From: Phyllosticta citribraziliensis
Taxonomy: Eukaryota
NCBI RefSeq assembly: GCF_038025025.1
Contig: NW_027117341.1
Span: 1,302,001-1,366,000 of the forward strand
Direction: 5' to 3'
Length of the DNA stretch: 64,000 nt
The notes under the pieces are model-generated. The model had not been told where the DNA came from. It was given only the letters and a program-made list of their open reading frames with translations, and made no database searches. The translations under genes and the position numbers were made by a program. Below, in pieces: positions 11,876 to 24,278 of the stretch. Numbering within the stretch: position 1 is the stretch's first letter; each line of letters opens with the position of its first letter.

Positions 11876-12613
11876 TCAAGACGCAATGCCTCCGCTCACT
11901 CCCTCTTGTCCCGTATTTGGCGGCTCTACCACGGGTCTGCCTGGATCGCCTGCTGGTGTTTCTGCTGTTGAAAGACGCCTTGAAGAGCGTGCGACTGGGG
12001 AGCCCCCTTCCCCTCCAGCTGCTGGAGCATGTTGAGGGCGGCGTCGTCCTTGGCCTTCTCGACGTACTTGCCGTCGTACCAATAGGTCGCTTTTGCAAAG
12101 ATGTGGGGCCCGATGTGGACGCTGCAGGACCAGGCGGTGCGGCCTCCTGTTGTCCGAGCCGTCAGCTAGCTGCCACATTCGATTCCAATCTCGATACGAA
12201 AGAGTGCAGCAGGTTTTGGGTGCGTGCGGATGGTGAGAGTTGCGGTGTGTGTGGTCCATGTATTGGACACTTGCCCTTTTGGGGCCCGCGTCTGGGATGT
12301 GGGAATGGGTGATCCGGGGAAGCAAGGGGGAGACCCGTTGCGCTGGGTGAGATGGTCCCGGGGGCGAGGGAAGGATGGCAGATCTGACAGGGAAAAACGA
12401 TGAAAAGAAAAGAAAAAAACAGGCAGAGGTGCCCGTCACGTCATGGGACGTACCTCGGCGATCAGAGTACTCCTTGTAGATGGGAGGGGGGCATTGCAAA
12501 GCCCGGCATTGCTCTGTGCAGTGGGGTGAGCATTGGATTTGCAGTGGGGACCAAGTGGGTTGGGTCGGCCTACCCTGGAGCTTCTCCTGCCACGGGATGC
12601 GTTGGGCAGACAT
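11876..12613 (-). CDS. Possible lineage-specific small protein, ~191 aa spliced
   Basis: The ATG has a good context (CAAACATG) and a TATAAG lies about 170 bp upstream. A candidate intron 12453-12292 (GTACGT..CAG) keeps the frame. No domain is recognisable. Confidence 0.3.
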   Translation of the reverse strand: MSAQRIPWQEKLQGRPTQPTWSPLQIQCSPHCTEQCRALQCPPPIYKEYSDRRGTSHDVTGTSACFFLFFSSFFPVRSAILPSPPGPSHPAQRVSPLLPRITHSHIPDAGPKRASVQYMDHTHRNSHHPHAPKTCCTLSYRDWNRMWQLADGSDNRRPHRLVLQRPHRAPHLCKSDLLVRRQVRREGQGRRRPQHAPAAGGEGGSPVARSSRRLSTAETPAGDPGRPVVEPPNTGQEGVSGGIAS

Positions 12614-12843
12614 GTTTGATGGACTGGAGTTGTGGGGGTGGGAGTGGAGTAGCAGCAGTAGGAGCAAGTTCAAAAGATAGACAAGAGCGAGTGGCCAAGT
12701 GGTTGACTGTTGGAATGCTGTGAGCAGTTCACTGCAGAAGCTTGTTTGAAGGAATGAAGCACGACGTGGTCCAGCGTACTTATAGCAAAGGCAGGGCGGC
12801 AGCGAGGATGACAAAGTCCGTAGGGCTATTCCAGAAGACGAGC

Positions 12844-12866
12844 AAAAAAAAAAAAAAAAAAAAAAA
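12844..12866. repeat. A23 homopolymer
   Basis: Read directly from the sequence. Confidence 0.9.
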
Positions 12867-14273
12867 TGAAGCAAAGCAAGTCGGCAGCCGAGCCGGGGCA
12901 GCAGCAGTCATGAGACGGTGTGTGGGTGGTTCAACAACCATGCTGGGCCCCGACGGGTGGGCGGTGCGCGACATTGTTGACTTGGTCACCGTCCATTGAT
13001 TTGAGCTGCTGGCGGTTGCATCATGGCCGTCTTGTGTTTGATTTGGAAGGGGGAAGCATTGGAGAGACCCGGGGGCGCGGGAGTGGGTGGACCAGGACCG
13101 GGCCGTGGCCTGGTGATGATGATGAGACTGGATATTTCCCTTCTTTCGCGCTGCCAACGCAGCTGACGCAACGCAGGCGGGAAGCCACTTTTTTTTTTTT
13201 TTCTTTTTCTTTCTCTTTGCAAACGTCCGTTTGCTCTTTGCACCCACCTCACCCTGTCGTGCCGCTACACATGGACCGCTTACTGCCGCGTGGACGCGTC
13301 CATCTGGAGAAGCTTAGCCTCACCACTCAGCAAGGAGCGGGCGACGAGGCCAGGAGATGCGGGTGTGAGTTGGCTGCCTCGACGTGTATGAGCCACGGCG
13401 ACGTGTTCGCCAGGCCGGGCAGAATGGACGATTGCCAGAGGCCATGCAAAGGGAGGCAGCGTATCGAGGATCAGCGCATCCTCCGCGGGCTCATAGCCTA
13501 TCGTCGGGCACTGGGTGGAGCTGTGTGTCTGATGAGCCGCATGGCGGTTATGTGAGCAACCAAATGGCCATGGCGGGTACCTACGTATCGACGTTGACCT
13601 GACAAGCTGGAAAGACATGGGGATGCTGGTCAAGACAAGGCCCAAGTTTGTGCGGGACGGGCGGGCGGGTGGCGGGTGGCTTCTCCGCTCGCCACAGACC
13701 ACGGCTTGGCCCTGGACCGGCTCATCGCGCCGGTGTGGTCAACGGCTGAAAAAAGAACACTGCGAAAATCTCACGACAAAACGAAGCCCGTCATCCGAGC
13801 CTCCGTCGGCTCGTCTTTCTCATTTGATTCGTAGATGGTCGTGCCTGTCCCACTCGGAGTCCCTCATTTCGACCCGAGGGAAGAAAAAGAAACGAACAGA
13901 AAAAGAAAATGTCTCCCATGCAAATTGCTGCCGCCCCCGTAGCTAAGCGCAAACACGCCAATTCGAGGAATTCCCAATTACCAGTTCCCAGAGTCCGATC
14001 CTGTGCTCCACACCGCTAAATGCAAATCACAAACCTGTCCCAAAAATGCCCGATGCGACGACACCCTCCTGTATACAAAAACGGGACGGTGCAGCGCTGC
14101 CGTGAGGCGGTGTAGGGGTGGCTCGTCGGTTGCGTGAGCCGGACGCGACGAGCCCGCCGCCACTGGCCGATGAGTCTATCAACAATGAAACCACGCAATA
14201 TCGTTTTGTGCAAGAAGGAGATGCAAAAGTCCGCAAGGGTCCGCCCGGATACATCACTTGACAGAACCAACGG

Positions 14274-15651
14274 TTACGCCGCCACCGACGCGCGCCGCAG
14301 AGGCTTCAGCCCCCGACCCGACGAGCCGCGCGTGGTACGGTGAAAGACTTCGTCAATGAGCCTCTTTGGGCCGACGTAGTCCATATTGAGTCGGAACGGC
14401 CCATTCTTGAGCGGAATGTGGATCTGCGTCGACTGTTTCGAGTGAAAGTGGTTCTTGATGCTGTCGTCCACAAGCGTCATGAGCCCAGTCGCCACTACGA
14501 CACTGTTTGCCGCGTTAGCAACGACTTGCATATACCCATTCGGAAAGTTGCACTTACTCGGCCAAGTCAGACACACCGCCGGTCACGGAGCCGTCGCTGA
14601 GCCACATGGAGCACGGCGGAATCCAGCCGCCCTTGGCAGCCTCGTCTCTGGCCTGCGAGGTGGTCAGAGGGACGGGGACGATGTGGGCAAGCGCGTGGTC
14701 GGACCCGCTGCGCAAGAGGTGGTATGATGTCTCGCAAAAGTCGCCGTCTCGCTTCATGATGCGCTTCCACGAGTAGTCGACGCCCCAGTGCTCGAATTCA
14801 TATCTCTTGTTGGAGGCGCTGCCGCGACGCTTGATGTCGACATGGGCGTAGTTTGAGAATTCGAGTTTCATCGTGTTGGTCGGGATGACCTGGGCTCGCT
14901 TGGGCTGAAGTGCAGATTTGGAGTTTGGGTCCTCCTTGTCGGCGCTAATGGAACCATAACCAGAGTCTTGGCGCTTGAGGCTCACGGTGGCCGAGTTGTT
15001 GCGCTCTGGCTTGTGGCGAAAGGTTGCAATGGCGCTGCTGAAAGATCGTTGAAGAGCCGGTCGCTCCGAGGGCGGCTGCTGGTACTTTCGTATCGAGTGG
15101 CACACTTCGCGACCAGAGTCTCTGCAGTAGCGGCGCAGGGAAAAGTCGCGGTTCTTGAGGTCGTGCATGCGGAGGTGGAAGAGGGTCACGAGCTGCTTGG
15201 AGTGGCGCGTCTCGACGTGGGTGTCGAGGCGCAAGTTCATGTTGCCGTCCAAGGTGGTGTCGTCGTGGCGTATGCATAGTCTATTGGTCGAGGGAAACAG
15301 TTCTGCAAAGTCCTTTGGTGTTGCGGGGATGGCGTCACACGGGCCGACTTGTTGGCGGTACTCGGGGACCTCGTACGGCGGGTAGTCGTCGTCGAGGATT
15401 TCTTGGTCTTCTTCTTCGTCTTCGGTCGAGGCATACGTGTCGACGGAGGCGCGGGGGTCGGCATGTTGGTGGATCTCGACGCGTGGGTGGCAAGTGCGGT
15501 TCTGGTGGAAATGCGGGCGGGCGTCGTGGGTTTGCGGGGTCGGAGGCGTTTGGCGGCGGGATCTATAAGAGCCGTCGCTAACGGTCTCGTGGCTGCGTTC
15601 GCTGCTGACGAGCGAGTCGACGTCTCTCCAGTGGATGCTTGGTTCAGGCAT
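14274..15651 (-). CDS. Conserved-looking fungal hypothetical protein, ~440 aa
   Basis: Exons are 15651-14558 and 14502-14274, with a 55-nt intron (GTAAGT, GCTAAC, CAG). The globular-looking core includes FAELFPSTNRLCIRHDDTTLDGNMNLRLDT, LFHLRMHDLKNRDFSLRRYCRDSGREVCHS and GGWIPPCSMW. Confidence 0.85.
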
Positions 15652-18600
15652 GGCGAGAGGAGGGGGTGAGGAGACGATGGTGGGTGCCGGTGGGAAGTGC
15701 GAACAGAAGTGAAATGAAGAACATGCGGGCAGGTGATGTGATATATTGGCAGAGGGAGTCTGGTGGCGGCGCAGGCAGCTGCTTATTAGAGCAAGTGGTG
15801 GAAGCGAAGGCTGAGCGACGAGGACGAGGACGAAGACGGAGACGGAGACGAGCAAGCCACGCGAGTTTTGGACGAGTTCGAGGTGCAGGTGCAGTGCAGT
15901 GCAGGTGCAGGTGCAGAGTGAGTGGAGTGGGGTGGTTGGGATAAATCGAGTAGCAGAGCCGGTGCGAGTTATAGGACGGCCCGCTGATCCAACCCAGGCA
16001 GTTGACTGTCCGATCTTGGGCCCTTGGCAGCCCTGACCGGCCAATCCAACACCTTGCAGCACAGCACGCTGACCCGACGGACAGACTGACGTTCGCAGCT
16101 CGCGACAGAGTTTTCTGCCAGCCAGCCATTCGACATATCCCACGCAGCGGTTCTGTTCTGTTCTGTCTTTGTCGGCCTGCGGAGGCTGGTCCATGGTCCA
16201 TGGTTCTGCTGGGCCGGTGCCGGTGCCGCAGTTGGCGCATGCCCGCCTCCCCTCCCGTGCACTCCACTCTTCCCCACGTGCCCTCTCCACTGTGTCTCCA
16301 TCACGCCATGCCATGACCTCTGCTCGGGGTGTTCCACTTCTCTCCACCATGACGCTACAACTCCTCTCTCTACCTACGCACCAATGTCAACATGTACCGG
16401 CCAAATCCCCGACTCGATAGCATCGACAATGTCCAACACCCGCGCCGAATAAGCTGACTGGGCCCTCCCCTCAGGTCGCAAATCACACGCTGACGCGCAT
16501 CGCATCGTGAGACATGTCTCCATGCGCAAAGAGACCAATCCACGCCCAAGACGTGGTTGCACCTCGTCTTTGTTCCCCTCGTCCCCTCGTCTTCTGTGCC
16601 GTTTCCGCTGCCAATCACCCGCCGTCGTTCCCGCACCGACACTCCCTGCCCCCGTCCCTGATTGGCCGCCGCCGTCCTCCACCACTGTACCTTGGCTGCA
16701 AACTTCTGCATTATTGCGCGCGCTCGCTCCCATAAACAACTTCTCCGGACTCTAGCTGCAGCCCCTCGACTATCGTCTCCGTTCCCGCTGTTTCGCTGAC
16801 CTGACCTGACCCTGACCCTCGCTAGTTCCCACCGAGCGGGTAATACGGGCCACATCAACGTGGAAACCCTGCCCTTCTTTTCTTCTTCTCCTGTCAAAAC
16901 TCAGTCTTTGCTTCTTCACTGAAAATTTTCTCACCTTCTAGCCTTGTGCCTTTTTTCCCCTCGTGCCTCAATTTGTTCCGACAATGCTTCCAGGACCCAA
17001 TTCCGACGTGCGCACCCGAAGAACACGACCAGAGTGCCACAAGCTTGTCCCTCGTCCTCGAGACGTCTCACCAAGCGTCAACTGACCCGTTTTTCCCTTG
17101 GCCCCTCTTAGGGCCACAACCATCAACACCACCAACCGGTACAACGGTCGCTGGCTCCTCCATGTCTAGGCTCGGTAGTGACAAGCAAACGCGCCGCCGA
17201 GTCGGTCGACGCGCACATTGCAGCTGCATATTGGGGCGCAGCGCCAAACTAATCACCTCGCTCTGATCTCCCACCCCATGGCCTTCGCAGAGCCCCCGCT
17301 GCAGAAAGAATCCCACGGCTCCATCTAGACGACATTGGGCATCGTTGCCATGGTGTCAATCTCTCCTCTCCGCGTAACCACGCATTGAGCAGATGCGTTC
17401 CTTTGGGCCACTCTGGGGCTGGGCTGCCGTGTTTGTTGCGTCTGTCCTGCTTGATCTTGGCGCCTCTGGCGGTTGGTGCAACAACCTCATCGTGCATCCC
17501 ACCCACCTCGCGGCTCCAGTTGCCCTCGGGCTCTCTCGCTCTCCCACCTCGGTCGCATAGTCACCCCAGGGGTCGTCGTCGCGCGAGAGCCGACGCTCAA
17601 AATGTGAGCGCTCACCGAAACCACCGCTTAAATGACGTTGCGATGATCCAAGCATACGTCTTGCGCTCGACACACTCGCAGACACTTGTCGGCCGCCGCC
17701 CATCACCAGATCCATCCATCCAACCATCCACCCATCTCTTCTCCCCCCCTCCCTCATGTGTAGGACTTGTCCTCTCCCTCTCTCCCTCCTCTGCCATTTG
17801 GCCGTGAAATCGAGCCGGCCAGGCCCCCTCCCTCATCCGCTGTCCCTGCCTTCTGACAGGCTGTTGAGCCGCACCGCTCCACCAACCGGATCTCAGACCC
17901 CTTGGCCATGCACGCAAGCCCTTTTCACACATGGTCGAGACAGGGCGTCGTTCGCTCGTTCGCGCCTCACGACATGGCATGGCATGGCATGGCATAGCAT
18001 AGCCTCAAATTCACCAAGGCCTCCCGCCACAGCGGCGGCGGTAGCAGCGGCAAACGACGGCTCTATTTTTCTGTCCTGCTCTGCTTGGTCTGTCTGTCCG
18101 GTTGGCTGGTTGGGTAGTTGGTTGACCACGAGCGGCGACGGACGCCAGAGGCGCCTTGCAAGGCTGGCTGGCTGGCTGGCTGGCTGGCTACGAGCGACGA
18201 GGCTACCTATCTTCTTCACTGACGAAGCAGCCGCCGTTAATACTTGAAGGCACTATGACCATCACTCCTCTTCTCTTCTCGCCTTGTTCAGTCCAGTCCA
18301 GTCCAGTCCATTCCAGTCCCTTTCTGGCCCGCCTCACTCGGCGATCCGTCGCTGTCACGACTGTCACGGTTACAGTTCCATCCACCTCTTCTTCTTCATC
18401 GTCATTGTTCATTTATTCCCTCGCTTCCTCTCTGTCGATGCTCGTTCTTTCGTCGCCTTGGATATGGGATCGTCGAGACGTGGAAGCAGTGTCGTCGGTC
18501 CTCACCCTGTTTTCAGTCTTCGCCACTACCTACATTCTACTCCCACGTATGCCTATCACCGCCGAACCACCGCCACGCCTCTTCGCCTCACGTCGACATC

Positions 18601-19892
18601 CCACGCTTCTTCATCCCACGTTCTCTTCATCCCAGTAACCCAGCCCAGCCCAGTCCAGTCATGCAACACACCGATCTCACTGGCTGCCAGTTGGCCGTGT
18701 CTAGAACAGACCAGAACAGAACGCTCGCCTCATTGACAATAATGGCGCCGCAAATCTCAACCGCCTCTGTCTTTGCCCCTTGGCATGCTTGCTTCGCTTC
18801 GCACCGATTCGACGAATGGGTTAGCGTGTCTTTACTCTTTGCTTTTTGTTTGTTGCTGTTTGCTTTTTCTGCCTTGCGCCCGTCTGTCTGGCTGCTCTTC
18901 TTCGACTCGCCATCCATCTGCCATAGCCGTCATCGCCGCCGCCGCCGCCGCCGCCGCATCCGCCACGGCTGATCTACCTAGGTAGCCACTGACCGAGTCA
19001 CCGAGTCACCGAGGATGGCGTAGCCGAGCCAAACAGCCTATCTACCTCGCTCGCTCTCCTCGGTGGCCGGTTGATGCTCGGTGGCCGGCCGGCGGACCAA
19101 CGAGCGGAAATGCGGAAGAAGACCACGCAGGCAGACAACTACACACTCTAGGTTTGCAAATTGGGTGCCATGTACGTATGTAGCCGACTAGCCGGCCAGC
19201 TGGCACGGGTGGCACTGGTGGCACGGGTCTGGTTTTGGCGTAAAGAAGAAAGAGAGAGAGAAAAAAGAAAAGTAGGTTCGTAGGGCAGGGCTTGCTTGCT
19301 GGCTGCGGTGACTGCGGCTGCCTGGCTTGCTGGCTGCAGCCCTGCGCAGCCCTGCGCTGCCGTTCCTGTCGCTGTCGCTGACCTTTTTATTCTTTCTTCT
19401 GCATCTTCTTCCACACTTAGGGGTCCGCGTCCTTCTCTTGTCTACTCTGTTGGCGGTGAAGCTAGCGGCTCTTATATACCTTACGTACTGTGCTATGGCG
19501 CTGCTGATAGGGAAGTAGACTGGGAAAACGCTTCTTTTCTGCTTGTTGATGAGAGTCGGCTCGTGCGTTGATTAGCACGCTCGGTCCCTTTGTCTGCTGA
19601 GTGAGTGCGTTCACTAGATCTATATATTTTCTCATTTGTTGGCGTGAAGAGCAGACAGCAGCAGCCTGTGGTAGGTAGATCGGCTTACCAGAAACGGTAA
19701 AGCGCGTGTCTGTCTTGCTCACGGTGTACTCTAGCAAATAGACGGAGAACAACTTGTTAAATTTGCTACTACGACCCCGTCTCAAGAACAAGGAGGTAGT
19801 GTACAGTATTGCTCGAGGTCATGGAGCATTCGACAGTTTTCTACCCTGCCAAACCATCCACAGACCAAGGACCATTCCACCAGTCGCGGTAG

Positions 19893-20845
19893 GTATGTAG
19901 AGGGAAGCGAGCGGGTCAGCAGCCCCTCCTCCCTAACACAACCCTAAACAGTCGGGCTCAGCACAACTGTCGTCTATAGTGAAGCCGCGCTGGCCTCAGG
20001 CAACCGACCTTACCCGCCTTAAGCTGTCAACGTGACTTCGCGCCTGCCTACCTTACTTCCTTCCTTCCTTAGGTACCTACATGTACTTCGGTTGCTTCAC
20101 CTCACCACGCCCTCCCTCCCTCGTCAGTCGCCAAACCACTGTAAACACCGTCCAGTCCAGTCCATTCCATTCCAGTCCGCAGACAGACAGACACACAGAC
20201 AGATGCCAGGCAGACCCAAGACCCTTCTTTTCCTTGTGCCTAGCCGCACGACTCACGCGCCACACCCAACGGCAGGGCCATCCATGGATGGACCTACCTA
20301 CGCAGGCCGCGCGCGATACGCCGCGCGCGGGCGGGACAGCCACGGTAGCTAGCTAGCTGGACCCCTCCTCCGCTGAGGTCCTCGCCTCTCGGCCAACCAA
20401 CCAATCAACCCACCAGGTCGACGAACCCAACCCAACCGCAAAGCTGGCTGGCCTGCAGCATCGCAAGAGTGGGCGTGAAAGCCAGGTCCCGCCGTCCCGC
20501 CCGTTGCGTTGGTTCGGTCGGGGCGCGACATCCCGGGACAGCCAGAGCACAAGGGCGATAACAGCGCAGCGTGAGCGGGCGATAAGATACGCCGTGATAG
20601 GCTGGCGGCGACGGCGCGGGTAAAGAGCAGCGGACGGCCAGGCCAGGCAAGGTTCACAGGTGGTGTTGATGGGCAGAGTGGTGGTGATGGATGATGTGCT
20701 CAGCAATTGAGTTTGCGCGCGCCCTGGCTGGCTGGGTTAGAGTTTACGGTGATAGATGACCGACTGGCTACCTACCGTACCGGCTAACCGACGATAGACG
20801 GCCGACAGACAGACAGACGTTGACAGCTGTACTCTTTTTGTACAG
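19893..20845 (+). ncRNA. Putative 953-nt structured intron / fold-back RNA upstream of the hydantoinase gene
   Basis: The donor AG|GTATGT is at 19893 and the acceptor CTCTTTTTGTACAG ends at 20845. At least six nested helices lie between them, including a perfect 12-bp pair 20022-33/20817-28. Confidence 0.5.
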
Positions 20846-21080
20846 TACCATTGTTGCGGTTGAGCTTTGGGTACCCTTACGCTACGCTACTACGACGGAC
20901 ATCGCTTTGCCTTGTGATAGGCTTGGAGTGGATTTGATTAGACTTGATCTGATCAGACGGGCATTGGGCTTGGACTCCAGAGATACCGGCACTTCTCACG
21001 ATACATTCGCTGGACTCTACTTTGCGATTGGGACACGACTTGCTTGACGACAGAACACCGGACGCTTTCTGCCACTCACC

Positions 21081-24000
21081 ATGGGAAGCAACGAGCAGCC
21101 GCTCCAAAATATTCGCATCGGCGTCGACGTTGGAGGTATGTTCAATGCGCAAGACACTCACGACACCCCCGCAACACCTCCACCTCGAATTGGTTTCTGA
21201 CAAGCACTAGGAACAAACACCGATGCCGTTGCCCTCCTCCCAGACGCCAATGGCAGCCCTTCGCGCGGCATCCTGGCCCACCACAAGACGCCCACGACGC
21301 CGCACGTCACCGACGGCATCGAGGCAGCCATCCGCGCAGTGCTGAAGGACGGCGCCATCCCCCCTTCGGCCATCACCACCGTCACGATTGGTACCACGCA
21401 CTTCATCAATGCCGTGGTGGAGCGAGACGCGCGCCGCCTGCGCCGTGTTGGAATTGTGCGCGTCTCGCGCGCCTTTCTGCGGCAGATCCCGCCGCTCAGC
21501 GAGTGGCCGCCGGCGCTCAAGGAGCTGCTGCGCGGGCCCGTCGTCTATGTTGACGGCGGGCTGCACATTGACGGCAGCGAGGAGGCGCCGGTCAAGGACG
21601 AGCAGGTGGTGGCGGCGTGCGGTGAGCTCAAGGCGTCGGGCGTCGACGCTGTCGTTGTGGCCGGCATCTTCTCGCCCATCGACGAGGTGTTCCAGCAAGA
21701 GCGGCGCGTGGCCGCCATTGTGCGCCGCGAGCTGGGCGAGCGCGTCGACGTCGTGTGCAGCGCCGACGTCAGCAACATTGGCTTCCTCGAGCGCGAAAAC
21801 GCCGCCGTGCTCAACGCCAGCATCCTCAAGTATGGCCGCCGCACCGTCAAGGGCTTCCGCGACGCTATGGACCGCCTTGGTCTGCGCTGCGGCTTGTACA
21901 TTACCCAGAACGATGGCACCCTGATTGACGCCGCGGCTGCGGCCCGCATGCCCATTCGCACTTTTTCCAGCGGCGCCACGAACTCGATGCGCGGCGCGGC
22001 GTACCTTGCCGGCAAGAACCTGCTGGGCGGCAGCGCGGCCGTCGTTATCGATGTGGGCGGCACGACGGCCGACGCGGGCGTTTTGCTGCCTTCAGGATTC
22101 CCGCGCCAGGCGTCGGCTTTCGTGACGGTGGCCGGCGTCAAGGTCAACTACAGCATGCCATTTCTGCACTCGATTGGGCTGGGCGGCGGGTCGATTGTGC
22201 GCGAGACGGATGACGGCAAAGTGACGGTCGGGCCAGACAGCGTGGGCCACTACATCACCAGCGAAGCGAGAGTCTTTGGCGGCAAGGTCTTGACGGCGAC
22301 GGATGTTGCGGTGGCGGCCAAGAAGGCCGATATTGGCGATGCGAAGCTCGTCCAGGACGTCAGTTCCGACCTCGTCGTCCAGGCGCAGAGCCGCATCAAG
22401 GTCATGCTGGAGGGTATGGTTGATCTTTGCAAGACGTCGCCGGAACCGCTGCCGGTTCTCCTTGTTGGAGGCGGGTCCGTCGTTGCCCCTGATAGCCTCA
22501 AGGGGGCGTCGAAAATCATCTGTCCCCCGTTCCACGACGTGGCCAAGTAAGTGCGGTCTTTGCGGACATTTCCTACCTTCTCTACTCACCGAGCAAAATG
22601 TCGCAGTCTGCTAACTTTTACAGTGCCGTCGGGGCAGCAGTTTCCAAGGTTGGTGGCGTCGTGGACATTATCCAAAGCACCGACCACCAGAGCCAAACAG
22701 AAGCAGCGCAAAAGGCCAAGGATCTTGCCATCAAAAGGGCGACCGAGGCGGGGGCGATCCCATCGACAATTACAATCACAGAGGTCGACACGCTTCCCGT
22801 CACGTACGTCGCCAACAAGCTGCGCACAGTCGTCAAGGCCGTGGGCGACTTGGACGTCACGCGGCAGCCGACGCCGCTGGAAGACAAGGAAGACTTTGAC
22901 GACGGCGGCGAAGAGACGAGAAAGGACTACCTGGACAAGGCCGAGGTGGAGAAGCCGGTGGACCCGTTTGCTTACCGACCCGAGATCAAGCTCAACCCGG
23001 AGACGGGCCACCACGAATGGATTCTGTCTGAGACGGACATTGCGTGGCTGGCCGAAGGCTGCTACGTCCTGGGCTGCGCCGGAGGAGGGTCGCCGGCGGC
23101 CACCAAGATCCAGTTGACGGACCAGTTGAGGGAGGGGTACGAGATCAAGATTGTAGACGTCACTTCGCTGGCTCCCGACGCCGTCGTCTACTGGGGCGGC
23201 CACATGGGCTCGCCGGCCGTGTCTGTCGAGCGCTTGAACGCGACAGAGTCGATTGACGCCTTTACAGCGCTCATGGAGTACCTCAAGCACGATTCGTTCG
23301 ATTCAGTCATCAGTCTGGAGATTGGGGGTGCCAACGGACTGGAGCCCCTTTTGATTGGGAGTTCGAAATACTTCAACCGGCCGACTATAGGTGAGTGGAC
23401 TCGATGTGGTCTGCAATGTCGCGTGCGGCGCTGACGTCCAAGCAGACGCGGACTTTATGGGGAGGGCGTACCCGACGTACTGGCAGACGACGATTGCGGT
23501 GCACCAGCCGGGGTCGCTGATCCCGTGCGCCATCGACTCGGGGGACGGCAAGACGATTATCATGAGCCGGACGACGACGGACGAGATAGTCGACCGGGCG
23601 CTGCGGGCGTCTTGCTCGGAGATGGGGTCGCGGGTGGGCATGGCGGCGAAGCCGACTACGGCCGAAATCGTGAGCAAGTTTGCGGTGCAAAAGACCATGT
23701 CGCTGGCGTGGCGCATCGGACGGTGCATCGCCAGGGCCGAGGCGAGCAACACGCTGAGCAAGGTGTGCGAGGGCATCGTGGACGAGGTGGGAGGGCAGGA
23801 GACGGCACGGATTTTGTTCCGGGGCAAGATTATCAACGTCGAGAGAAGGCTGTTCAAGGGTCACAGCTACGGCACGATTACGATTGGCGGGATACCGGCG
23901 GATGAAGAGGAGGCGGGCGTGGCCGACGCCATGGCAGCAGTGGCCGAGGGGGGCACGATGCAGATTCCGTTCAAGAACGAGAACCTGTACTGCGAGCACG

Positions 24001-24278
24001 CAGCAGAGGACGGCACGAAGCGCATCGTTGCGACGGTGCCGGACCTGATTGCGGTGCTGGACACGAGCAGCGGGCGGGCGCTGGGGGTGCCCGAGTTCAG
24101 GTACGGGCTGCGGGTGACGGTGCTGGGCATCACGGCGAGCCCGCAGTGGACGTCGACGGCCATGGGGCTCGCGATTGGGGGGCCCAAGGCGTTTGGGTAC
24201 GACCTGGAGTACCGGGCGCTTGGCGTCTATGTGGAACCGCGGAGCGTGATTGAGGAGTACGGTGGCCAAAAGGGGTAA
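21081..24278 (+). CDS. Hydantoinase/5-oxoprolinase A domain fused to DUF917, ~996 aa
   Basis: Exons 21081-21135, 21211-22546, 22624-23390 and 23446-24278 join in phase. N-terminal motifs are RIGVDVGGTNTDAV, GTTHFINAV, GFLERENA, DVGGTT and SIGLGGGS. DUF917-type motifs are GCYVLGCAGGGSP, MGSPAVSVERL, EIGGANG, DADFMGRAYP and ATVPDLI. Confidence 0.93.

Noticed and set aside
15652..16350. N-terminal 233-aa extension of the 14554-16350 ORF
   Set aside because: It is repeat-derived leader sequence. The ATG at 15651 has the better context and precedes the conserved-looking part.
20440..20650. Known riboswitch or ribozyme (TPP, hammerhead, twister, HDV) at the apex of the fold-back
   Set aside because: Core motifs such as CUGAGA with GAUC/AUAAUACC, or CUGANGA with GAAA, are not present in the required arrangement.
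20022..20828. MITE or fold-back transposon interpretation of the inverted repeats
   Set aside because: There is no target-site duplication or shared terminus between segments, and mismatches are G-U biased as expected for RNA stems.
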